Assembly: GCA_016699915.1 (NCBI GenBank)
Contig: CP064990.1
Coordinates: 732,125 to 796,124, forward strand
Source of the DNA: Neisseriales bacterium
GTDB taxonomy: Bacteria; Pseudomonadota; Gammaproteobacteria; Burkholderiales; Q3-R57-64
Direction: 5' to 3'
DNA length: 64,000 bases
The number at the start of each line of letters is the position of its first letter. Within the stretch, counting starts at the first letter, position 1. Shown here piece by piece: positions 29,675-37,976 of the stretch. The translations under genes were made by a program, and so were the position numbers. The notes beneath the pieces were generated by a model. It made no database searches. It was not told the origin of the DNA and saw only the letters and a program-made list of their open reading frames with translations.

Positions 29675-30376
29675 TCATCCTTGCCCATTGATTGCAAAAC
29701 CATCTGCATAACGCAAATCAACATACCGCACCATGGGATTTTTCTGCATAATATTCGGCCAGTATTTTGCAAAGCACTCAATCCGTTTTGCAAAGTCGCG
29801 CTGGTTGCACCGTCCCAATTCGAGTACCACATTATTCGATAACACAACTTTCCAAGCACCACGCTGTGTATAGGTTAGCCGACTGACAGTCAAAGCAAGA
29901 GGCTGTATCCATCGCTTTAGAATTGGTAACACAGCTGCCATCTTTTTTTCGCTACCTTTTTGACCCATAAAAACAGGTAGCGATTCATTCGTTGCAGCAT
30001 CAAACCATACCCCCCCTACATCAATCAATCCATGGCTATCCCAACGGGCAACGGCATCGTATTCTTCCACGTGAACATCTAAGCGATCTGGCCAGCGACG
30101 GTACACATGCACCCGCTTTACCCAAGGCAGCTTTTCAAAAGACTGGCGTATCATATCCATGTTGAGCGTAAAAAATGTCCCCTTCAATTCACGGCACATA
30201 ACATAATGTAATTGTTCCTGCGTCACATGCTCAAGTTTTCCTTGTACCACCATCGTTCGCACAGGAAAAAATGATGAATCCAGTAACGCTCTTACTCCTG
30301 CAAAACCTAAGCATAATACTGCACACAACAACAACGCATTGGCCGATTTAAAAAGCAGCGTGTAATTATCCCACAT
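29675..30376 (-). CDS. ftsQ: Cell division protein FtsQ
   Basis: 233 aa bitopic protein (N-terminal TM, then a POTRA-like domain). Lies immediately upstream of ftsA. Confidence 0.85.
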   Translation of the reverse strand: MWDNYTLLFKSANALLLCAVLCLGFAGVRALLDSSFFPVRTMVVQGKLEHVTQEQLHYVMCRELKGTFFTLNMDMIRQSFEKLPWVKRVHVYRRWPDRLDVHVEEYDAVARWDSHGLIDVGGVWFDAATNESLPVFMGQKGSEKKMAAVLPILKRWIQPLALTVSRLTYTQRGAWKVVLSNNVVLELGRCNQRDFAKRIECFAKYWPNIMQKNPMVRYVDLRYADGFAINGQG

Positions 30377-30648
30377 ATGCCTATTTTAATCTCCACCCCC
30401 CACAACATTTTGTGGTTAAATCCTACCGCATTTTGCAAAAAAATACCATGCTCTTTATCTAAAATTTGTCATCAATGTGTATTGAATCTACTTCTTGCCT
30501 TACTTTCCTCTTCTTGGCATAATGATTAGAGCGTTTTGGTATGGTCTGTATTTTGCGCTCCACACCAAGAGGAATAAGAAAATAATTTCAAAAGAACAAA
30601 CTAACAAACCAAAGACAACAAAACCCCGAAAAAATATAAACAGTGATC

Positions 30649-31095
30649 ATGACTATTTTTAATCCTCGGCATCGTTCATTGCTCAGTCAGATGAATGTTG
30701 TGCCTTACATTGATGTTATGCTCGTCTTGTTGGTTATTTTTATGGTCACAACACCCCTATTTTCACCTAGCGCTATACATGTTCCGCGTGTCGATCAAAC
30801 TGGCGCCACGCAACAAACAATCAAGCCAATTGAAATTGCTATCACAGCCAATGGCCAAGTCCAGCTCATTAGTCATAGCGGAAAAAAGCGATGGCTGGCT
30901 ATTGCAGATCCAAACACATTTGAAACAATTAAAATGTGGGCTAGTCACTTGCATAATCCCATGCAGCCTATTGCAATCAGTGCTGATAAAAATCAGCGTT
31001 ACAATGATGTTTTACAAATCGTTGCCGCTCTTCATGCTGGTGGCGCTAAAAAAGTAGCGCTGACGGTTGATAAAAAAACATCCCCTCATTCATAA
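30649..31095 (+). CDS. tolR: Tol-Pal system protein TolR (ExbD/TolR family)
   Basis: ...QMNVVPYIDVMLVLLVIFMVTTP... is the hallmark TM segment with the conserved Asp. Followed by tolA-tolB-pal. An alternative GTG start lies at 30643. Confidence 0.88.
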   Translation: MTIFNPRHRSLLSQMNVVPYIDVMLVLLVIFMVTTPLFSPSAIHVPRVDQTGATQQTIKPIEIAITANGQVQLISHSGKKRWLAIADPNTFETIKMWASHLHNPMQPIAISADKNQRYNDVLQIVAALHAGGAKKVALTVDKKTSPHS

Positions 31096-31096
31096 C

Positions 31097-31801
31097 ATGT
31101 CAACAATCTATCAATATAGCGTATCCCCACGCTGGCCACTGATCGCTTCAATCTTGCTTCATATGTGTCTCATTGGCCTGCTATTGCTGTATCACGATCG
31201 CACCACGATTTCTGCTGAAACAGCACCTCAGAGTGTTGAATTATGGTTACCTGCTGAAATAATGGAAAATATCCACCAAAAAAATCCAAATATCCAGCCA
31301 ACACAGCGTGCTCAACAATCTACCCCACCTCTCAAAGGAGATATATCTTTACCATCTTCTGCTATGGCGCAACACAATATTGTACGCACTACTCCACCAA
31401 CCGCTCCTAAGCAATCCATCTCCTTGCCCAGTGCCCACCGTACCGTTGAGGCAGCACTGTCAACGCTCCGATCGCAATCTTTAAGTCATCCGTCGCAATC
31501 AACAACTATGCCCTCAGCATCGGATATGCGTGCTTATAAAATACAAGTCATCCGTCGCATACGCCCCTATATCCGTATCCCACAAAGCTTAGTTGGCAAT
31601 CCTACAGCACAAGTACAGGTACGTCTTACGCGTAGTATGGAGATTATTTTTGTGAAACTGATTCAAAGTAGCGGCAATGGAGAATACGACCAATCCATCC
31701 TGCAAGCTATTCAAAAAGTTGGTCAATTGCCCCGGCTTCCTGTTCACGCTGACCCATATGCTTGGCGTTCAATCACCTTGACCTTTCGCCCACATGAATA
31801 G
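31097..31801 (+). CDS. tolA: Tol-Pal system protein TolA (short form with a Pro/Ser/Thr/Gln-rich linker)
   Basis: N-terminal TM with the conserved His (SILLHMCLIGLLLL), a low-complexity linker and a TonB/TolA-type C-terminal domain. Located between tolR and tolB. Confidence 0.8.
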   Translation: MSTIYQYSVSPRWPLIASILLHMCLIGLLLLYHDRTTISAETAPQSVELWLPAEIMENIHQKNPNIQPTQRAQQSTPPLKGDISLPSSAMAQHNIVRTTPPTAPKQSISLPSAHRTVEAALSTLRSQSLSHPSQSTTMPSASDMRAYKIQVIRRIRPYIRIPQSLVGNPTAQVQVRLTRSMEIIFVKLIQSSGNGEYDQSILQAIQKVGQLPRLPVHADPYAWRSITLTFRPHE

Positions 31802-31890
31802 CAAACTGCCTTCCATACGACACAATGTCAAGCTATGCTAAAATAGTTCTCAATATTTGCCCTTTAAGGATGAATTCTAGGAACTATTAC

Positions 31891-33114
31891 ATGACGATGC
31901 AACGATTATTAGGCAGATTATGGATCATTGGGTGTTGTATCAGCACATTAGTTTGGGCAGAAGAAGTTACTATCGATATTATTGGTGGCAATAAGGATCA
32001 GCGCTACCCAATTGCATTTGAAGGCTTTGAAGGCGAGAGTGATGGCTGCCTTATTCCACTCACACCAATAATTAAAAATAATTTACTCATTACAGGGTTT
32101 TTTCATTTTGCACCCACACATCTTGCTAAAGCAACCTTAGCAGGTCGTATCGAAAAAACGCTACTTGGTCAATGTAAAATCAGCTTTACTTTGCGCAATG
32201 CACAACACCAAGTATTACTAACGGAACAAATAACTATTGGGCGCAAATCAGCTCACAAAACCGCCCACCATATTGCCGATAAAGTGTATTACACGCTTTC
32301 TGGGTTTGCTGGGATTTTTGATAGTCGTATTGCTTATATTAAGCGATTTGGTAAAACTTATGTACTGGAAATTGCCAATGTTGACGGTAGCCAACCACAA
32401 GTAATTTTGCGCTCCCAAGCTCCTATTATTTCACCAGCTTGGAGTCCTGATGGGAAAAAATTGGCCTATGTTTCTTTCGAGCAACAAAAACCAGTGGTTT
32501 ATGTCCAGCCACTCCCAAATGGTAAACGGCAAGCTATTGCTAACTTTCAAGGGAGTAATTCTGCGCCAGCATGGAGTCCTGATGGGAAACAATTGGCGGT
32601 AACCTTGACCTTCAGTGGTCACTCACAAATTTACCTGATCAATGCAGACGGCAGCAATCGACGCCAATTAACTCAAAGCACATCAATTGATACCGAAGCA
32701 TCGTGGAGTCCGGATGGTCAATCCCTTATTTTTGTTTCGGACCGCTCAGGTCGACCTCAAATTTATCAAATTGCCATTCAAGGTGGTATACCGAAACGCT
32801 TAACTTTTGATGGTAATTATAATGTTTCGCCCAAAATATCGCCTGATAATAAGAGTTTCGCTTACATCAGCCGCAAAAATGGTCGTTTTTTAGTCATGAT
32901 TCAAGATTTTGACAGTCGCTTTCCACGCCTATTGTCGGAAAGTTATTTTAATGAACGACCCAGTTTTTCCCCCAATGGACAATTGGTGCTTTACGCTAGT
33001 GAAGACCAAGGTAAAAGTGTGTTGCATGCAGCAACAATTGATGGGGGGGCACGAACGAGAATAGGTATGATCAATCATAGCATCCAAGACCCCGCATGGG
33101 GACCAATTGGCTAA
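31891..33114 (+). CDS. tolB: Tol-Pal system beta-propeller protein TolB
   Basis: Signal peptide MTMQRLLGRLWIIGCCISTLVWA and repeated (P)AWSPDGK propeller blades. Start trimmed from the track's 31825. Confidence 0.93.
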   Translation: MTMQRLLGRLWIIGCCISTLVWAEEVTIDIIGGNKDQRYPIAFEGFEGESDGCLIPLTPIIKNNLLITGFFHFAPTHLAKATLAGRIEKTLLGQCKISFTLRNAQHQVLLTEQITIGRKSAHKTAHHIADKVYYTLSGFAGIFDSRIAYIKRFGKTYVLEIANVDGSQPQVILRSQAPIISPAWSPDGKKLAYVSFEQQKPVVYVQPLPNGKRQAIANFQGSNSAPAWSPDGKQLAVTLTFSGHSQIYLINADGSNRRQLTQSTSIDTEASWSPDGQSLIFVSDRSGRPQIYQIAIQGGIPKRLTFDGNYNVSPKISPDNKSFAYISRKNGRFLVMIQDFDSRFPRLLSESYFNERPSFSPNGQLVLYASEDQGKSVLHAATIDGGARTRIGMINHSIQDPAWGPIG

Positions 33115-33207
33115 ATTAAGTCAATATATTCTTGAACATATCATACCTTAGTAGGTTTTTTGCTACACTGTCAGTAGATCGTTAAGAATGACTTTTGGGG
33201 GATTCAT

Positions 33208-33705
33208 ATGAATAGAAAATTGTTATGGATTATGCTGAGTATTACATGCTGTTTAAGTGCCTGTAGTACCTTGAAAGAACAAGCCAAAAATGAAAAAATC
33301 AGTCAAATACCACAGCAAGTAGCCAGTGAATCGTTTGTCACCAGTGAAGTGAACGATGTTACTCCAGCAAATGATCCACTCGCTCAGCGCAGTGTCTATT
33401 TTGAATTTGATTCCTCTGTTATTCGTGCTGCTGATCAGCTCATCATTGATCACCATGCGACTTATTTAAAAAAACAATCCCAAGTACATCTCAAGCTCGA
33501 AGGTAATACGGATTCACGAGGCAGTCGTGAGTATAACTTGGCTCTTGGTCAACGTCGTGCTGAGAGCGTCAGGCAAGCGCTAATTTTATTGGGCGTTAAT
33601 CCTGAGCAGCTAGAAGCCATTAGTTTTGGTATGGAAAAACTACGGAAATTGGGAACAACAGAAGCGGATCATGCTGAAAATCGCCGAGTGGATATGGACT
33701 ACTAG
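33208..33705 (+). CDS. pal: Peptidoglycan-associated lipoprotein Pal
   Basis: Lipobox LSAC|S and an OmpA-like domain (..VYFEFDSSVIR...LEGNTDSRGSREYNLALGQRRAESV...NRRVD). Confidence 0.95.
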   Translation: MNRKLLWIMLSITCCLSACSTLKEQAKNEKISQIPQQVASESFVTSEVNDVTPANDPLAQRSVYFEFDSSVIRAADQLIIDHHATYLKKQSQVHLKLEGNTDSRGSREYNLALGQRRAESVRQALILLGVNPEQLEAISFGMEKLRKLGTTEADHAENRRVDMDY

Positions 33706-33727
33706 GCAACGAATCATGTTCTGGGCT

Positions 33728-34681
33728 TTAATAAGCGTTATGGTGTTGACGCAGTAGGGTCAAGAGGGTGGCTATATCCTCCGGTAAGGGTACTTGCCAA
33801 GAGAGTGTTTTTTGGCAATACGGGTGGCGCAGTGACAATTGGCAAGCGTGAAGCGCTTGGCGCCGCAAGAATACGCTGGCCTGCTTAATCGGTTCGGTTG
33901 TTGGTGAGCGCACCCCATAAACTGGATCCCCAACAATCGGATGCCCAATACTTCGAAGATGTACTCGGATTTGGTGTGTTCGGCCAGTTTCAAGTTGGCA
34001 AGCGACATAGCTGTGTGCCGCATAGTGCTCCAAGGCATGCACATGGGTTATTGATGGCTTTCCACCAAATGTAAGCGTTGCCATGCGTAATCGGTTACGC
34101 GGATCACGGCCAATGGGCTTATCAATGACTTGGTGGCATATCCAGTTGCCTTGTACGACTGCATGATAAATACGCGTAACCTGGCGAGCTTGCATTTGGC
34201 GCACCAAATCCACCTGTGCTTGGATGGTTCTTGCAACCACCATCAAACCGCTGGTTCCCTTATCCAAGCGATGTACAATACCAGCACGGGGAACCGTATT
34301 TAATTCGGGATAGCGGAACAATAGACCGTTAAGTAGCGTACCGGACCAATTGCCTGCTGCAGGATAAACGACCAGGTTTGCTGGCTTATTCACCACAATT
34401 AATGCCGCATCCTCGTACACTATATCAAGCGCCATCTGTTCGGACTGCCACGGCTTCTCCCGCATATCCAAAATCGGGCATAAGACAACTGCTTCACCCC
34501 CTAAAACCTTTGTTTTGGGTTTTGCGTTTTGCCCATTTATCCATACTTGGCGACGCACAATCCAATCGCTTAGGCAACTGCGTGAATACTGTGGCAAAAG
34601 TTGTGACAAAACGATATCTAAACGTTGTTTTCGGTAATCAGCTGGAATCTTCAACGTGATTTGATTGGTTAGCTCAGGCAT
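33728..34681 (-). CDS. rluD: 23S rRNA pseudouridine(1911/1915/1917) synthase RluD
   Basis: S4 domain (QRLDIVLSQLL..SR), catalytic HRLDKGTSGLMVVA and a GRTHQIRVH motif. Divergent from bamD as in many proteobacteria. Confidence 0.93.
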   Translation of the reverse strand: MPELTNQITLKIPADYRKQRLDIVLSQLLPQYSRSCLSDWIVRRQVWINGQNAKPKTKVLGGEAVVLCPILDMREKPWQSEQMALDIVYEDAALIVVNKPANLVVYPAAGNWSGTLLNGLLFRYPELNTVPRAGIVHRLDKGTSGLMVVARTIQAQVDLVRQMQARQVTRIYHAVVQGNWICHQVIDKPIGRDPRNRLRMATLTFGGKPSITHVHALEHYAAHSYVACQLETGRTHQIRVHLRSIGHPIVGDPVYGVRSPTTEPIKQASVFLRRQALHACQLSLRHPYCQKTLSWQVPLPEDIATLLTLLRQHHNAY

Positions 34682-34714
34682 GGTTATAATGGGCAGGTTT
34701 TACGAGGATGCTTT

Positions 34715-35482
34715 ATGAAAAAAATTACGCTGCTTGTGTTATCCATACTACCCATTGTATATGTATCTTCTACCCATGCGTCAAATGAACGGGAGAATAA
34801 AAAACAGGTTGCGCCCATTATTTCCGCACAAACGATGTATCAAATCGCACGCACCGAATTTGATCGCCAACATTTTCATCAGTCCATCAAATTATATCAG
34901 GCACTCGAAACACAATATCCTTATAGCGATTATGCTAAGCAAGCCAAAATGGACAAAGCTTATGCATATTTTCGAGATAACAAACCTAAAGAAGCCCTAT
35001 CTACTATTGAGCAATTTATCAAGCTTTACCCTAAACATATTGATATTGATTATATGTACTATCTGGAAGCACTGGTCTACTGCGAAAACCATCAACCCTT
35101 TTTGGAGCGATGGAATAAACCAAAAAAAGTGTATCAAGACTCACAAAGCAATATGCAGGCTCTGGTGCATTTTGAACGTTTTATCGCTCAATTTCCAGAA
35201 AGCCAATATGTTGCCGATGCTCAACAAAGAATCCTACATATCCGACAAGAGTTAAGTGAGCATCATCTCCTTATCGCCCGTTACAACATGCGACGGGGCG
35301 CTCATATCGCCGCCATTAACCGTGCACAAGACGTGATTAAGCAGTATCCTGACACACCAAGTGTTGAAGAAGCATTAGCTATCCTTGTTAAAAGCTACGC
35401 TAAACTTGGTCATGTTGAGTTAAGTAAAGCAGCAAGAGTACAATTGCGAACCACTTACCCAAATAGCCGATGGTTAAAGTAG
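34715..35482 (+). CDS. bamD: Outer membrane protein assembly factor BamD
   Basis: Signal sequence plus TPR-like repeats (..YPYSDYAKQA...YPKHIDIDYMYYL..FPESQYVADA..). Conserved rluD/bamD divergent pair. No lipobox Cys is evident (..VSSTHA|SN). Confidence 0.85.
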   Translation: MKKITLLVLSILPIVYVSSTHASNERENKKQVAPIISAQTMYQIARTEFDRQHFHQSIKLYQALETQYPYSDYAKQAKMDKAYAYFRDNKPKEALSTIEQFIKLYPKHIDIDYMYYLEALVYCENHQPFLERWNKPKKVYQDSQSNMQALVHFERFIAQFPESQYVADAQQRILHIRQELSEHHLLIARYNMRRGAHIAAINRAQDVIKQYPDTPSVEEALAILVKSYAKLGHVELSKAARVQLRTTYPNSRWLK

Positions 35483-35491
35483 TCAACAGTT

Positions 35492-37447
35492 CTAAGAAGA
35501 TCGCTTGTTACTGGCTTTAGGTACGATTACCTTATGTTCATTAGTCGCTTGGGAAGACGTATTGATCATCAAGCGGTTCATACTTGTCACAAATGCACTC
35601 GGATCCGACAATGTACCACCGCTGGTTAGCAGGGCTTGGCAATACAATACAACACTTAAATCCGCTGCATCTGGTTGTGCGACGTTTGCAATGAGTCGCT
35701 GGACAAGGGGGTGTTGGACATTGATTTCGAGAATCGGTTTTGTTGCTTTGGGCGTTATTTGGCCTACCTCTTTTAGTAAACGCGCCAAATGTTGGCTCAT
35801 CTCATTTTCCTCAACTACCAGGCAAGCTGGACTATCAACCAAGCGCTTGGTCGTACGTACTTTGGATACCTTCTCGCCTAATACCGCCTCCATTTTGGTA
35901 ATCGCAACTTGAATATTGTCCACATCTGCCTTTTCAGTAACCGTTGGCTGATTAACGGTAGCAGTCTTTAAATCTAATTCGCCTTTAGCAACTGACTGTA
36001 AGGGTTTACCTGCAACATTTGGCAAACTGGCCAGTAACCACTCGTCAACGCGATCAACCAACAATAGAACTTCAATCCCTTGCTGACGAAAAATTTCAAG
36101 GTGCGGACTATGATTAGCCACATGTAGGTTCTCAGCCGTCATCACATAGATCTTGTCTTGTTCAGGCTTCATGCGGGAGATATAATCAGCAAAACTTACC
36201 GTTGCTATCTCTTTGGTTTCGTAAGTAGAATGAAAGCGCAATAACTGTGTCAACCGATCACGATTTGCTAAGTCTTCTACTACCCCCTCTTTGAGTACCT
36301 GACCAAATGCCTGCCAACACTGCTGATATACATCAGGTTGGTCTTTAGCTAGACCGTCCAATAGATCCAACACTTTTTTCGTGCAACCATTTTTGATCGC
36401 TTCAATATTTGGCGAAGCTTGCAATATCTCCCGCGAGACATTAAGCGGCAAGTCATCGCTATCAATCACGCCTTGGATAAAGCGTAGGTAGTTCGGTAAC
36501 AATTGTGTAGCCGCTTCCATAATAAAAATACGACGCACATAAAGCCTCAGTCGCCTTTGTGGATTAGGATGATATAAATCAGCTGGCGCTTGAGCAGGAA
36601 TATATAACAGCATGGTATAGCGCTGCTTACCTTCTAAATGCGCATGCGTCCAAGCAAGCGGGGTAGTTGCATCGTGCGATATATGTTGGAAGAAAGTATG
36701 GTATTGCTCATCTGTAATCGTGTTTTTGGGTCGCATCCAAAGGGCTGAAGCTTGATTAATTACCTCTTTTTCGTCTACTTTAACCACTTGATCCGACCCA
36801 TCAGTGGCAGTTATTTTGTCCATTTCTATCGGAATGGCAATATGATCTGAATAGGTTTGGATAATACGTCGAAGTGTCCATGCTGACAAAAAAGCTGTTT
36901 CTGCTGGCTTGAGATGCAAGGTAATTTGAGTTCCACGCATAACGCAGTCAATGTCACTGACTTCATATTCACCCTCTCCGGATGATGTCCATAAGACTCC
37001 TTGGTGCGTTGACAACCCTGCCCGCCTTGTTTTTAAGGTAACTTTATCGGCTACCATAAAGACTGAATAAAAACCCACGCCAAACTGACCGATCAACTGC
37101 ATATTGGCTTTATCACCTTGTTTGAGTGATGATAAAAAAGCTTGCGTGCCTGATTTGGCAATAGTGCCAAGGTTTTCAATCACTTCAGCCTTACTCATAC
37201 CGATCCCATTATCCGTCACAGTAATGGTATGTTGTGCCTGATCAATTGCAACACTAATCTTAAAATGAGGATCTGCCTCTAATAAAGCAGGTTCAGCTAA
37301 CGCTGCAAAGCGTAATTTGTCGGCTGCATCTGAGGCATTCGATATTAATTCCCTTAAAAAAATTTCCTTATTGGAATATAGGGAATGGATCATCAAATGT
37401 AAAAGCTGTTTAACTTCCGTTTGAAAAGCAAAGGTTTCTGTGGGCAT
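35492..37447 (-). CDS. htpG: Molecular chaperone HtpG (Hsp90)
   Basis: 651 aa, ...FQTEVKQLLHLMIHSLYSNKEIFLRELISNASDA.DKLRF... is the canonical Hsp90 N-terminus. Confidence 0.97.
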   Translation of the reverse strand: MPTETFAFQTEVKQLLHLMIHSLYSNKEIFLRELISNASDAADKLRFAALAEPALLEADPHFKISVAIDQAQHTITVTDNGIGMSKAEVIENLGTIAKSGTQAFLSSLKQGDKANMQLIGQFGVGFYSVFMVADKVTLKTRRAGLSTHQGVLWTSSGEGEYEVSDIDCVMRGTQITLHLKPAETAFLSAWTLRRIIQTYSDHIAIPIEMDKITATDGSDQVVKVDEKEVINQASALWMRPKNTITDEQYHTFFQHISHDATTPLAWTHAHLEGKQRYTMLLYIPAQAPADLYHPNPQRRLRLYVRRIFIMEAATQLLPNYLRFIQGVIDSDDLPLNVSREILQASPNIEAIKNGCTKKVLDLLDGLAKDQPDVYQQCWQAFGQVLKEGVVEDLANRDRLTQLLRFHSTYETKEIATVSFADYISRMKPEQDKIYVMTAENLHVANHSPHLEIFRQQGIEVLLLVDRVDEWLLASLPNVAGKPLQSVAKGELDLKTATVNQPTVTEKADVDNIQVAITKMEAVLGEKVSKVRTTKRLVDSPACLVVEENEMSQHLARLLKEVGQITPKATKPILEINVQHPLVQRLIANVAQPDAADLSVVLYCQALLTSGGTLSDPSAFVTSMNRLMINTSSQATNEHKVIVPKASNKRSS

Positions 37448-37490
37448 CGTAAAAAGTCTTTATCGTCAGTAAAATGTCTTGTGAAGGTGT

Positions 37491-37520
37491 AAATGGGGAG
37501 TAACCGATAGATTTTCAAGG
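37491..37520 (-). promoter_or_regulatory. Sigma-32 (RpoH) heat-shock promoter of htpG
   Basis: The minus strand reads CTTGAAA-14 nt-CCCCATTTA, matching the RpoH consensus CTTGAAA-N13-15-CCCCATNT. The -10 element ends 44 nt upstream of the htpG ATG. Confidence 0.8.
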
Positions 37521-37730
37521 CATCTAATCAAGGAATGTTGGCATCACACATCAACATAGCATCCGCTTTTTTAATAGTACCCATACCATGTTGGCTATAT
37601 TCCCTTTAAAATAGTCTATGAAAAGATAGGCAGATCAGTCAACACAATTTGCCAAAACACCAAAATGGAATGAAAAAAAATTCACAAAAAAGCTTGACAA
37701 ACGCACCCATACCGCTACCACCTAGGCAGG

Positions 37731-37933
37731 TTATGCACAATCTACCGATGGAGCGCGATATAACCCTTGCTTAGCGCAGTGATTGATGCTGAAAAATTGC
37801 TAACTTATTGAATTACAAAGAAAATATTTGCTGTTTATTTTTTATGCATTCTAGTAGCATGACCGTATGGACAAGGATTTTTGCCTAGTCAGCAGGCAGT
37901 TATCCACAGCATTTTCAACAGCTTTTGTGCACA
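37731..37933 (+). promoter_or_regulatory. Three same-orientation DnaA-box-like 9-mers upstream of priA
   Basis: TTATGCACA (37731-37739) and TTATCCACA (37899-37907) both fit TTATNCACA, and both are preceded by GGCAG. TTGTGCACA (37925-37933) has one mismatch. An AT-rich stretch lies between them at about 37790-37850. Confidence 0.5.
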
Positions 37934-37976
37934 GTATAGATAAAGCCTTTATAAACCGCAACTTAGCATTTGCTCA

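Noticed and set aside
30522-30662. A 46-codon ORF (MIRAFWYGLYFALHTKRNKKIISKEQTNKPKTTKPRKNINSDHDYF) in the ftsQ/tolR spacer, overlapping the tolR start. It might be a tolQ 3' remnant or a small membrane protein.
   Set aside because: Its resemblance to the TolQ C-terminus (GLFAA...KLEQ) is limited to a few residues and could be chance. It is lysine-rich and low-complexity, and has no RBS. This is not enough to call a gene or pseudogene.
32437-32725. Repeated DNA segments GC(T/A)TGGAGTCCTGATGGGAAA.AATTGGC at about 32437 and 32569, with a weaker copy near 32700.
   Set aside because: These encode the recurring (P)AWSPDGK blade motif of the TolB beta-propeller. This is protein-level repetition, not a mobile or regulatory DNA repeat.
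37448-37976. A chromosomal replication origin (oriC) in the htpG/priA spacer, suggested by the DnaA boxes and the AT-rich tract.
   Set aside because: There are only three boxes and no dnaA/dnaN/gidA/rpmH context. The 13-kb ribosomal-protein superoperon to the right (50.8-64 kb) is on the minus strand. It would be transcribed head-on to a fork coming from this site, which is very unusual. A whole-chromosome GC-skew plot would settle it. The boxes are kept as a possible regulatory site only.
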